This document shows, one piece after another, positions 14,338 through 32,427 of a stretch of 64,000 bases of DNA (position 1 is its first letter; each line of letters begins with the position of its first letter). The stretch is from the human T2T-CHM13v2.0 reference genome, Homo sapiens, in NCBI RefSeq assembly GCF_009914755.1, contig NC_060927.1; one strand, 5' to 3'. The position numbers were made by a program, and so were the translations under genes. The notes beneath the pieces were generated by a model. It was not told the DNA's origin. It did no database searches and saw only the letters and a list, made by a program, of their open reading frames with translations.

Positions 14338-14821
14338 TACGATAATTAATTTTATATGTCAACTTGACTGGAAAATGGGATATCCGGATATCTGGTAAAA
14401 CATTATTTCTGAGGGTGTCTGAGAGTGTTTCCACAAGAGATTAGCATTTGAATTCATAGACTGAATAGAGAATACCCACCCTCACCAAAGTGGGTGGGCA
14501 CCATCCAATCTGTTGGGGGCCTAAGCATAAAAAAAAAGGTGGAAGAAGGGAGGATTTGCTCTCTCTGTGTGATTATTTAGCTGGGGCATCTTCCTTCTGC
14601 CATTGCCATCCCTGGTTCCCAGGCCTTTAGACTTAGACTGGATGCTAAGCCATTGGCTCTCTGGCTCTCAGGCCTTCAAACTATACCACCAGCCTTCCTG
14701 GGTCTCTGCCTTACAGACAGCAGATTGTGGGATTCCTTGGCCTTCATGACTGTATGAGCCAATACCTTATAATAAATCTCTTTATATCTCTTATTTGTCC
14801 TGTTTGGTGAACTCTAAAACA
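14338..14821 (+). mobile_element. ERVL LTR, MLT2 family
   Basis: taattttatatgtcaacttgactgg...gagattagcatttgaat...gagccaataccttataataaatctc. Confidence 0.85.
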
Positions 14822-15656
14822 GGTGTAGTAAATTTTCACTGGACACCATGATACTGCATAAACATTCGAGCTGTCGAGGTTTCCAATGACCCAAAAATAA
14901 AATTTAGCCTCAAATAGAGACTTGTAAAATATTACTATAAGCTCAAAAGGATTTTAATGTACAGTTAGAGAGGAATTCCAGCTCAGGAAGATCCTGCTTT
15001 TCTGTAATAAAGAATATAACTCAATTACCAACTGTCTCACTTAATATATGACACAATTCCTATGAGAAAGATTCTGTACTCTGAGAGTATTAGAGAATGC
15101 TAAGTCTCTATTCCAGGAGGTTAGACAAGACAAGATTGCCAAGCTTTAGTATTTTAAAATGCTTGCTTTTTCTTGAGCTAAAAGAATAAAAAAAACAAGC
15201 AAACAATAACAAAATCCCATAATCATGATTATTTCACTACTTATAAAACTCAGTGTCATATTAGCACCTGAGGTCATTAAGGTTGGTTTGTACAATAACC
15301 AAAACATACTTGAAAGCAAGTAAAACAGACATATAAGAAAGAATATATTAGGTGAAAAAGAAAGCTCTGATTACCCAAAATGCTAATAATGGCTCTGCAC
15401 AAACAATTAAAACTCTTCATTTCAAACTCCATTTGTTCAGAATGTGAATATGGAGGACTCTTCCACAATTTACCTTTGCAATATTTAAGGAAAAGTATTT
15501 GCTGAGTAAAAAAATATATATTACAGTAAGACTGTAAAGAACATACTTACCATATTCAAGAAAATAAACTTTTCTCCAGTATTGAAATGTCTCATTTATA
15601 AATACTTGATTCCTTAATAGCATGACACTCTTTTCTGCTAATTAAAATAGGTGGCA

Positions 15657-16012
<356 letters not shown>

Positions 16013-16516
16013 CTAAGAATGTAATTTACAATAGGATTTCTTCCTACCGATTGGCCTTATACTAAGGATGAACAAAAGGTTTTATATATTACCTGAAAGA
16101 ACGGTTTTTTTGCTGAATGAAACTGATTATTAGTAATGGTTCCAGTCACCTAAAATAGCCAAAGGTATGTATTTTATGTTATCACTCTTCTTTTTTTAGA
16201 AAAACATTTTCCTTTAAAAGTAGCCTACCAATTCACAGGTGAAACTGAATTTATTGTTGTAAGATCAGGCTTTAAAATAACTTTGAGGAGGAGAAGCCCT
16301 TGACAAGAAAGTAAACAATAGAAACCAGGTCAGCAACTGAAGACCTGATTTTATTGTTCATAGACACAAATGCTTGATTTCAGAAATGCCTTAATATCAA
16401 GGAAGCTACTGGTCAAAAGTATTTCTATGGGCACATTATATCCCAGAACTAATGTTGTCAATTGACTATCTAGTTGGTAGGAAAAGTCAGTTCAACCTTA
16501 AAACCTAAGTTAAATA

Positions 16517-20907
<4,391 letters not shown>

Positions 20908-21735
20908 AAAACCTAAGTTAAATACAAACAAATAATAATTACTTAGGGGTCAGCAGCTGGTGGCTCAATTGGGCACTGGAGACCATGTTTGTTCTCTTTG
21001 GGTGGTACATTGAGGGTGTCTAACCTTAAGAAATGCAGGAAGGGGATGATGGATGGTCTGTTCAGATTCCCTTTGTCCCAACTGCATTTTTCAGCTGTCA
21101 AGAGATACTGTTAGCAGGCACTAGATTTAACAATGGGAGGCTAGATGGGAGGCTAACTACCTTTTGAAGTACACGCCTGGCAGATGACAACCAGCATCTT
21201 TACTTTTAAACCCAGCAACAGTGGGTTGCTAGGCATTGTTTTGCTGGTTTATTAAACTTGTTTCAGTAAAGAAGCAGCAAGTAACTGGCTGCATATTATA
21301 CTAGACTAAGAAGCTTTTTACAGACAGCAATTGGTCTTAGTAAATGCTGTATCCTGCAGGTCTAGGACAGTACTAGAGGTGATAATATTAATTTATGATC
21401 AACAAGGTCTGATTTGAAATACAAAGTCACATGCACTGGTGAAACCTTGGGCAAACAGCTGCGAAGGAAACTTTCTGTGGTCAACTATAAACGTTCCAGC
21501 TATACAATATTATATTCCAAATTTGTTGTTTATTTTTTATCTAATTTCTATCCTTATGCCTAGAGCTTCCTTTTTCTTTACACCTGGTCAAATCCTGCCT
21601 ATCCTTAGAAGCTTCATTTAAGATTCTTCTTGTGACCTCTCCCGGCATAATTACCCTTCACATTCATCCAACATGGTGACCCCGATCTGCTAGGTTCTAA
21701 GCCTCCAGTTGTTACCATATGCCATCCCATTTTAC

Positions 21736-22006
21736 CTTTCTGTCTTTTATATCCCTCTGGTTCTTCTATCAGAATATAGAGAGAATTATCAAATAATCAC
21801 ATTGTATGACTCGCTCTCAAGCTTTTGAATTTGCTGAAGGACGAAATGGAACCTTTGTTATTTCGGTTACCCTTTCACCTAGAAGGTCCTTCCGTAACAC
21901 CACAGTCAGAATTTTAAAACGAAGAGGAACTCCATACTCTTTTATTGGATTGAATTAAATTGAAGGAATAACTAATTTCTCTCGAGCTTCCTGATCTTAA
22001 AATCCT
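21736..22006 (-). pseudogene. Pseudo-exon, CRD core
   Basis: Acceptor tttatttcttacctattcAG, donor GTaaaa. GF*DQEAREKLVIPSI*FNPIKEYGVPLRFKILTVVLRKDLLGERVTEITKVPFRPSANSKA*ERVIQCDY/DNSLYILIEEPEGYKRQK. FNP, VPFRP and PEGY are galectin-like. Length 271 fits phase 2->1 with one -1 shift. Confidence 0.75.
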
Positions 22007-23253
22007 CTGAATAGGTAAGAAATAAAGCTGAGATGGTATCTTGTTATGCTGTACTGTTCTCCCCTATGTTAGGGGAAAGGGTGTCTATTATTTGTCTTTT
22101 GGGTTTTTCCTCACTGTACTTCTGGGGGTTGGGGGAGGTTGCTGCTAGCCATTTCCTCTAGTAAAAGTTCAAAATAGCCCTTCTATAAAAGCTACCCCAT
22201 AGAACACCACTTTATAACCATTTGAAAAACCCTAAAGTTGACCTCCAGGAGAAACCACTTCATATGGCTTCCCCAAACCCTGTTTAACAAGTTTTAAAAT
22301 ATTTAGCTGGAATGTTACTTCAAGCTAAATATGCTACTGGTTTATTTTTTCATTCCATTTACCAGTTGTGACCTCATCTGTGCTTGCAATTGGCTGAAAG
22401 GAACCAATTTTATTCAGGGAAACTTTCGGATGTGAGCCGTGATGCCCACTGAGGATAAAGATAGGAAGGTGCGCACGGTGGGTGTGGAAGGAGGGAGAAT
22501 CCTTTCTAGAAGATGGGGGAGTGGGCCCAGATTCAAGTGACTGAGTGACCTTTCTTTTTGCTAGCTGCTGTGTGAGGAAAAAAGGCTATTTCTTCCTGCA
22601 GAGAACTGCGAAATGAGGTATAAACTGAGTAGCGAGGTAGATGAGCCTACCACATTAGCTGATTAATAAGCAAACTGCTCAAATGCCCAGAGGGATAGAG
22701 AGTTCCTAGCAGAATTAATAATAAATCCAGACATTGGGTGAATTAAATTTAAGGTGTAAAGACTAAACCAGGGTCATATTAGCTAGGAAGTATGAGGTGC
22801 GGGATTTAGTAAAAAAAAAAAAAAAACTTATTTGCACAGAGATGCTTAGTTAGCCTAGCTCTACAAAAACATCTATAAAACACAGCTTTTTAACTGTTTT
22901 CTTGCTGGTTTAATAATTAGCTTAATTTCTGTTCACAAAAAATTGTAGTTAAAAAAAAGCTTTCAATACCTACGAGAACTCTGTCTAATTGAGCCATGAG
23001 GGCAAATCCAAGAGGCCACCACACATACACTAGAGGTTGACAAAGTGCATGAGAAGAAGCAGGTCTCATAAGTACTGATCTTGCAACCCCAAATCACTAA
23101 AGTACGAGTAACTGCTACAGGAGCAAATGAAATGATCTGTCAGAAATCTCTTTGAAAAGCAGAAAAGTGAGCACACAAATATATATGATCATTTCTGTTG
23201 TTTAACATAATCAAGAAATTGATGCTGCTAAAATAAGTTCAATTTAAAATTGT

Positions 23254-23554
23254 GGCCAGGCATAGTGGCTCACGTCCGTTATCCCAGCACTTCGTAAGGC
23301 CAAGGCGAGAGGATCTCTTGAGCTCAGGAGCTTGAGACCAGGCTGGGAAACACAGCAAGAACCTATCTCTACAAAAAATGAAAAACATTAGTCAGGCATA
23401 GTAGTGCATATCTGTAGTCCCAGCTACTGGGGAGGCTGAGGTGGGAGGATTTCTTGGGCCTGGGAGGTTGAGACTGCAGTGTGTGGTGATCATGCCACTT
23501 GTATTCCAGTCTGGTTCCTGTCTCTAACAATAACAACAACAACAATAACAACAA
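23254..23554 (+). mobile_element. AluJ with (CAA)n tail
   Basis: gaggatctcttgagctcagg; tail aacaataacaacaac. Confidence 0.88.
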
Positions 23555-26500
23555 TGTGGGACTGTGAATCTGCTTTTAAATATTGTACATAGGGTACCTA
23601 ACAAAAAAAGGTGTTAAAATTATTTCTCAACACTTAGGATGAGAGAAGGGGAAGGCCAGCAGTAATATTTTATACTGGTTGGGAGAAGGGTAGATGGCAG
23701 TCAAATCTGAATACAAAGCAAAGGCTTTATTTTAAAAATGTATTTCCTTCTTTATCAGATTTCATATATATGTGACTATGTATACCACATAGCAACATGA
23801 GATGCAATGAGTTCATTTCTTTTCTCTTTTCATTCCAAATAAATGGGCAAGAGAACTGCACCCAAAAGGGCTGGGTCAAGTCCAATCTGATACATTGTAC
23901 CAGTTCTTAAATGTGCATTCTTTCTACGTCTCAACTGTTGTTAGGTAAGTTCTTCACCAGTAACTAATGATAATTAAATATATAAATCTGTGAATAATGT
24001 ACTTGTGCTTCTAAATGAAGTACAAAAGACTCAAGGTCAATCGTATAATAGCTTTTTCTGCACTCACTTGCTTTCTCCTGTTTATCTGCTTGAGTGGGTA
24101 AACTACAGTAGGACCTCTCCTCCATGGGCTGGTGTAGCTACAGCTGACAAAGGTTTGAGGACCACAGTTCTCATTCTCAGCAAATCACAAGTACACTTGT
24201 ATGACTGCAGTTTGCAACCTTGTAATATTGATTTAGGCCCAAACAATATGCTTTCAGGATCCTTTAACAATTATTTTCCTTTTGAACAAAACATAGGAAG
24301 AATAATAAACTTAAAAGGCTATAATACCTCAAACTTTTGCTTCAAATGCAAGGTGGCTCTGGCTGAAGCAGAAAATATGTATTATTAACACTAGCAGTTG
24401 TTAATAGTGGTAATGATAATATGTTATCTCCACCACATGGCGATAATGGGTTTTTTATTATTAAAGTAAGATGCCACCTTTATTTATAGACATCGTTAAG
24501 TCAGAGAAAATGAAAATGCAAAATTACTACACAGTTCAAATTGCAGCAGCCCTTAAGACTCAGTGGGGAGAATGTACATGCATCATCTTATGGATTAAAA
24601 AGAATACACATTATCTAAGCCCAATGTTATGTCCACACATATGTGCCTCTAAGGTTGCAAGAATAGGAAAGCTAGTGAAAGTAAAGAAAATATTTTTTAG
24701 ATGTGATTTTCTATTAAGAAAGATGGGCCCTAAATGTAATCTGTTTTGCTTTAATCAAGTACAGACAAGACAACATTATATGCTCACTCAATTATGACTG
24801 TTTTCCCCTTAAATAACTTCACTTAGGAACAAACACGAACATAGCTAAATGGAATTTCCACTAACCATTAAATGTAGTTAGATGTTCTTTTCTTCATATA
24901 TTTTAGACTGAAGTTCTATTAATACTGTTTGTAATATAAGTATGTGAGGAATAGTGTCTCCCAAAAGCGGTCCTGAAATTGTATTTGCTATCCGAAGAGA
25001 TGCATACGTTATAGCAGTAAATTTGGTACTTGGGAAACTATTTTATTTGGTTTGAGCAATTCTAAAAAAATTAAGGGCAAACATTAGTTTTGAGCATCAC
25101 AGAAAGATATGAAATGAAGTCAAGTCTCAAAGTGCTTCAGGTAATTTTAAGAACCAAAGGCTCAAAAGTGAGAAAAATAACCTGCTTTTTTCTAAAGACA
25201 AGGCTACTGCTAATAATGAATGAGCAGGAAAACAAAATCTTGCTCTGCTTCAGTTCCTGCAGGAGAAAAAGTAAGTGGTCTGAAACTGAAGTAATTTAAT
25301 GTTCCTGCTTTCCAGCCCTTTGCCAGACACCCATATCACAGTGACCCATAGTGGACCCCAAAGAGAGCCCACAAGGAGATGGGCTCAGTCATTATGGAAG
25401 GCATCACCATGCTAAATAATAGACTGGAGGAGGGAGGGTAAACCAACATCAAGAAGGCCAGAGGGCAAATCTTCATTGAATGGCATTTATAAAAATCCTG
25501 TAGCCAAACAAGACCAACGATTCAAAAATCTTCACTGGTTGAAGGATTCGGATTGGGAGGAACCAACTAGCAGCGATGTGCTAGTCAAGTCTGTTGCCTG
25601 GATTACTATAGGACTTTTACTAAGTTGTCACTATATCATCATCAATATTATTACTAGAAATTTACATGATACTTTTCATCAGCAAGTGTTAGGTAAAAAT
25701 TTACCAGTATTTTTGTATAAACATCTCATTTAGTGCTTAAAAAAATTATAAGTGATGTATGACCACCACACAAATTTTCAATATTATATAATCTTGAATA
25801 CAAATTATACATTTTTGTAGGTATTTAAATACAAATGCACACATTTCAACTTTTTTCTCACTAAACAATCAAATGTTTTTCAAATGTTACCTGTGTTTAA
25901 ACACCTACATGTACTTTGTCCTTTTTCTTTGCTTTTTCTTTTCTTTTATTTATTGTTTTCCTTTTAAATATTGCCATTTTGTAAAATAATATATGATCAA
26001 GATAGGAAATAGAAAAACACAAAAAAGTAGATCAAATGACAGAGTCCTAACACTTAAACACATTGAGTATTATTAATTTTGTATATTTCCTTCTAGTATG
26101 TTTCTGGGAGTGGGGAGAAGTTTTATGCCAGGTGTGGTTAAAAAAAATACTGTGTGTAAACAGAGAGAGCAAGCAGCAGCCCCCAAGACTGAAGCTTCAG
26201 TCTTTTTTATAACCGAATTATTTCATTTCTATTCATTAGATGTGAGTCAGCAGGTAAAGCCCACATGCAAGGGGAGGTGATTACACAAGAGCCTGAACAA
26301 CAAGAGATAAGGATCAATCACTAGGGGCCATTTTAAAGGCTGCCTGAAAATACAATCCTGTGTTAAACATCTTCTGGCATCAAAAATGCTGGTATTATTT
26401 TCTTAAGACAAAATACCAGACATGGACTACAAGGCTAAATGATACGATAGCTTTTTAACGTACCAGATAGAAACAGTCTTTGTGTGTCAGGATACATCCC

Positions 26501-26886
26501 ACTTGGTAATACGGCTTATTCATTTAATAGTTGCTGACTCCTATTCAATAAATAAATTATTACAGATGTTCTCATCCATAATCATATTAATATCAGTCTT
26601 TAACTTTTTTGGCTGTAGAGAGGCTGGCTTTATTATAAGGGTAAATTTCTTCTATTTTTTTTTAAAAGAAGAGGCTTTTATGATATGTGGCAGTTTATAA
26701 AATATGGATTTAGGTGGGGAGAATTTCATGCATCAGAAAATTTGGTTGAACGTAAAGTTCTTAAGAGATGATAATGATTATGATAAAAAATTATAATCAT
26801 CAGAATAATTTAATTACTACCATTACTGAGCCACTATGAAATATCACTTTCCCACTTTATGGAACAGAAAACTGAGGCTAATGTAG

Positions 26887-29800
26887 TGTGATGGTTTTAA
26901 GGATATGTCCATCTTTAATACTCCCTTCAAGAGATGGAACTCATTTGTTCCTTGGAGTATGGGTAGGCTTAGTGACTCACTTCTAGTGAAAAGAATACAT
27001 ATACGTGATGCACTGTCGCTTCTGCGATTAGTGATAAAAAGACTGTGGCTCAGTGCAATCAAATCAGAACTCAGGATTAAGAAACTCACTCAAAACCACG
27101 CAACTACGTGGAAACTGAACAACCTGTTCATAAATGACTACTGGGTAACTAATGAAATTAAGGCAGAAATAAATAAGTTCTTTGAAACCAATGAGAACAA
27201 AGACACAATGTACCAGAATCTTTGGGACACAGCTAAGGAAGTGTTTAGAGAGAAATTTATAGTACTAAATGCCTACAGGAGAAAGCAAGAAAGACCTAAA
27301 ATCGACACCCTCACATCACAATTAAAAGAACTAGAGAAGCAAGAGCAAACAAATTCAAAAGGTAGCAGAAAACAAGAAATTACTAAGATCAGAGCAGAAC
27401 TGAAGGAGATAAAGACATGAAAAACTCATCCTCCCACCCAAAAAAAATCAATGAATCCAAGAGCTGTTTTTTTTTAAAGATTAACAAAATAGACAGACCG
27501 CTGGCCAGACTAATAAAGAAGAGAGAAGAATCAAATAGACACAATGAAAAATGATAAAAGGGAGATCATCACTGATCCCACAGAAATACAAACTACCATC
27601 AGAGAATACTACAAACACCTCTACACAGATAAACTAGAAAATCTAGAAGAAATGGATAAATTCCTGGACACATACACCCTCCCAAGACTAAAGCAGGAAG
27701 AAGTCGAATCCCTGAATAGACCAATAACAAGCTCTGAAATTGAGGCAGTAATTAATAGCCTATCAACCAAAAAACATCAAGGATCAGACGGATTCACGGC
27801 CATATTCTACCAGAGGTACAAAGAGGAGCTGGTACCATTCCTTCTGAAACTATTGCAAACAATAGAAAAAGAGGGACTCCTCCCTAACTCGTTTTATAAG
27901 GACTGCATCATCCTGATACCAAAACCTGGAAGAGACACAATAAAAAAAGGAAATTTCAGACCAATATCCATGATGAACATCAATCCAAATATCCTCAATA
28001 AAATTCTGGCAAACCAAATCCAGTAGCACATCAAAAAGCTTTTCTACCACGATCAAGTAGGATTCAACCCTGGGATGCAAGGCTGGTTCAACATACACAA
28101 ATCAATTAACGTAATCCATCACATAAACAGAACCAATGACAAAAACCACATGATTATCTCAATAGATGCAGAAAAGACCTTTGATAAAATTCAACACCTC
28201 TTCATGCTAAAAACTCTGAATAAACTTGGTAGTGATGGAACATATCGCAAAATAATAAGAGCTATTTATGACAATCCCACAGACAATATCACACTGAATG
28301 GGCAAAAGCTGGAAGTATTTCCTTTGAAAATTGGCACAAGACAAGGATGCCCTCTCTCACCACTCCTATTCAACATAGTATTGGAAGTTCCGGCCAGGGC
28401 AATCAGGCAAGAGAAATAAAGGGTATTCAAATAGGAAAAGAGGAAGTCAAATTGTCTCTGTTTGCATATGACATGATTGTATATTTAGAAAACCCCATTG
28501 TCTCAGCCCCAAATTTTCTTAAGCTAATAGGCAACTTCAGCAAAGTCTGAGGATACAAAATCAGTGTGTAAAAATCATAAGCATTCCTATACACCAATAA
28601 CAAACAGAGAGCCAAATCATGAGTGAACTCCCATTCACAATTGCTACTAAGGGAATAAAATACCTAGGAATACAACTTAAAAGGGATGTGAAGGACCTCT
28701 TCAAGGAGAGTTACAAACCACTCTTCAAGGAAATAAGAGGGGACACAAACAAATGGAAAAACATTCCATGCTCATGAATAGGAAGAATCAATATCGTCAA
28801 AATGGCCATACTGCCAAAAGGAATTTACAGATTCAATGCTATCCCCATCAAGCTACCACTGACTTTCTTCACAGAATTAGAAAAATCTACTTTAAATTTC
28901 ATGTGGAACCCAGGAACAGCCCATACAGCCAAGACAATCCTAAGCAAAAAGAACAAAGCTGGAGGCATCATACTACCTGAATTCAAGCTATGCTACAAGG
29001 CTACAGTAACGAAAACAGCATGGTATTAGTACCAAAACAGATATATAGACCGATGGAATAGAACAAAGCCCTCAGAAATAACGCCACACATCAACAGCCA
29101 TCTGATCTTTGACAAACCTGACAAAAACAAGCAATGGGGAAAAGATTCCCTATTTAATAAATGGTGTTTGGAAAACTGGCTAGCCATATGCAGAAAACTG
29201 AAGCTGGACTCCTTCCTTACACTTTATGCAAAAACTAACTCAAGATGAATTAAAGTCTTAAATGTAAGACCTAAAACCATAAAAACCTTAGAAGAAAACC
29301 TAGGCAATACCATTCATGACATAGGCACGGGCAAAGACTTCCTGACTAAAACACCAAAAGCAATGGCAACAAAAGCCAAAATTGACAAATGGGATCTAAT
29401 CAAACTAAAGAGCTTTCTGCACAGAAAAAGAAATTATCACAAGAGTGAACAGGCAACCTACAGAATGGGAGAAAATTTTTGCAATCTACCCATATGACAA
29501 AGGGCTAATATCCAGAATCTACAAAGAACTTAAATTTACAGGAAAAAAACAAACAACCCCATCAAAAAGTGGGTGAAGGATATGAACAGACACTTCTCAA
29601 AAGAAGACATTTATGCAGCAACAAACGTATGAAAAAAAGCTCATCACCACCAGTCATTAGAGAAATGCAAATCAAAACCACAGTGAAATACCATCTAATG
29701 CCATTCAGAATGGCGATCATTAAAAAGTCAGGAAACAACAGATACTGGAGAGGATGTGGAGAAACAGGAATGCTTTTACACTGTTGGTAGGAGTGTAAAT

Positions 29801-30697
29801 TAGTTCAACCATTGTGGAAGACAGTGTGGTAATTCCTCAAGGATCTAGAACTAGAAATACCATTTGACCAAGCAATCCCATTACTGGGTATATACACAAA
29901 GGATTACAAATCATTTTACTATAAAGACACATGCACACTTATGTTTACTGCAGCACTGTTTACAATAGCAAAGACTTGGAACCAATCCAAATGCCCATCA
30001 ATGATAGACTGGATAAAGAAAATGTGGCACACATACACCATGGAATACTATGCAGCCATAAAAAGGATGAGTTCATGTCCTCTGCAGGACATGGATGAAG
30101 CTGGAAACCATCATTCTCAGCAAACTAACACAGGAACAGAAAACTAAACACTGCATGTTCTCACTCATAAGTAGGAGTTGAACAATGAGAACACATGGAC
30201 ACAGGGAGGGGAACATCACACACTGGGGCCTGTCAGGGGCTGGGGGGCTAGGGGAGGGATAGCATTAGGACAAATACCTAATGTAGATGACAGGTTGATG
30301 GGTGCAGCAAACCACCATGGCATGTGTATAACTATGTAACAAACGTGCACATTCTGCACATGTATCTCAGAACTTAAAAAAAAAAAAAAGACTGTGGCTT
30401 CAGTGTTGTGTTGAGTCTCCTGTCTTGTCATGTGTAGCCCTATGGAGACTCATGGGAAGGAATTGAAGCCTCCTGCAAATATGTCTGCGTGTGAGCTTGA
30501 AAACATACTCCAAATACTTCTGAGACTGCATCCCTAACCAACAGTTTGTAACCTCATGGGAGACCCCTGGCCAGAACAACCCAGCTAAGCTGCTCCTGTA
30601 TTTCCAACCCTCAAAAACTGGGAGTGATAATAGATGTTGTTCTAAGTTGCTCAACTTTAGGATCTTTTGTTACAAAGTAATACAGATAACTAACATA
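26887..30697 (+). mobile_element. MLT1F-like LTR split by L1 (26887-27050 and 30400-30697)
   Basis: ggcttagtgactcacttctag before the L1; gagacccctggccagaacaacccagctaagctgctcc...gataactaa after it. MIR halves lie on both sides. Confidence 0.75.
27051..30384 (+). mobile_element. 5'-truncated L1PA7-like LINE-1
   Basis: Fragmented ORF2 ([12 protein letters not shown]; FAYDM for FADDM), 3'UTR, poly(A), TSD aaaaagactgtggct (27036-27050 / 30385-30399). Confidence 0.95.
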
Positions 30698-30954
30698 TAC
30701 AGTAATCTACCCAAGATGACATTGCTAGAAGTGGCAGAGTTCAAGCCACTTCCAACATACTTGCTGTTAGGAAAGAAGGAGAGGGCATGAAAGGAACCAA
30801 GAAAAATAACTCAGAATATTTCCCCACTGCTGTTAATGAAAAGAGAAATAAAAGGGCAAACATACTGGCTTCCCATCTGCTCCTCTTCCCAAATCTTACA
30901 GAAAACACTTTGCCATCTTTCTTTCCCATCAGTATCTTGTTCTGAAATATATAA

Positions 30955-31326
<372 letters not shown>

Positions 31327-31358
31327 CTACTTTCAAATCACAACTGAAATCCCCAGAA

Positions 31359-31529
31359 CAGTGGTTCTCAAACTATGGTACCTGGAACAGCGGCATCAGT
31401 ATTGGCCTGAAGCTAGTGACAACTGCACATTTTGCGTCCCCACCCCGGGCTACTAAATTGGAATCTCTAAAGGTGGGGCTGAAGAATCTGTGTTCTAAAG
31501 GGCTTTCCAGGGGATTCTTATGCACACTG
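31359..31529. mobile_element. MER5A-like hAT MITE
   Basis: cagtggttctcaaact...gaatctgtgttctaa...gattcttatgcacactg. Confidence 0.8.
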
Positions 31530-31937
31530 CTCTAGATTTAAGACTCCTGTGAAAATGACAGTGGCTGTCCTAGAGCTTTGTTCCTACTGATGGCTGAAAG
31601 TGTTTTTCAGATATGACCAAAGACTTTGGGTGGCCTTCAGCCTAATCAAAATATTTAGAGATTTAATTACTAAATGCCAACCCATACAAATGTAAAGATT
31701 TTTCCTACAGAGACTTTGTGGTGAATTGAATGCATTTTTTAATCAACTGCTTGGCAAGCAGTATGAGTTTTCTTGTTTGTAAACATCTATACTAATGCTA
31801 AACATATTTATTCACAACTTGACAAGAAATATTGCCCTGTAATTAATCATTTCCCAGACTGAATTCAGACAAAATAAAAATGCACTCCTGAAATGTGCAT
31901 CCCCTTCACAATTGTAAGAGTCACACACATAAATAAT

Positions 31938-32279
31938 ACAATCAGCTCTCCCTATCCATGGGTTCTACATCCATGGATTCAACTAATCACGGTATAAAAA
32001 TATTCAGAAACGAAAAAAAGGACGGTTTTGCCTGTGCTTAACATGTACAGACTTTCTTTGGTCATACTCCATAAACAATACAGTATAACAACTACTTACA
32101 TAGCAAGTACATTGTATGAGGTATTACAAGTAATCTGGAGATGACTTAAACTATAAAGGAGGATGTGTCTAGGTTATATGCATATATTGTATCATGTTAT
32201 ATCAGGGACTTGAGCATGTGCTGATTTTGGTATCTGCAAGGGAGTCTGGAACCAATTCCCCAAGGATATTGAGGAACTA
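31938..32279 (-). mobile_element. MER2 (Tigger-family) DNA transposon
   Basis: tatccatgggttctacatccatggattcaac...gggacttgagcat...ggaaccaattcccc. Confidence 0.85.
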
Positions 32280-32294
32280 ATGAAATTAGATCTC

Positions 32295-32427
32295 GGACTG
32301 CCGGGAGGATGGAGTTCAGCGGGCAGCGGAGCTGTCTCAGTCTTTGCCGCCGCGCCGGCGAGCGCCGCCCGGGAGGCAGCGGCTGGAGGAGCGGACGGGC
32401 CCCGCGGGGCCCGAGGGCAAGGAGCAG
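32295..32427 (+). other. MAST2: MAST2 exon-1 fragment captured by splicing into SVA_F1 (not the MAST2 locus)
   Basis: Translates DCREDGVQRAAELSQSLPPRRRAPPGRQRLEERTGPAGPEGKEQ, matching the MAST2 N-terminus as I recall it; ends at ...GAGCAG. Confidence 0.92.

Noticed and set aside
22350-22700. Possible enhancer or promoter (locally higher GC and CpG)
   Set aside because: No feature supportable from sequence alone.
26905-27420. 171-aa ORF
   Set aside because: Chance read-through from an MLT1 LTR into truncated L1 ORF2, ending in a premature stop.
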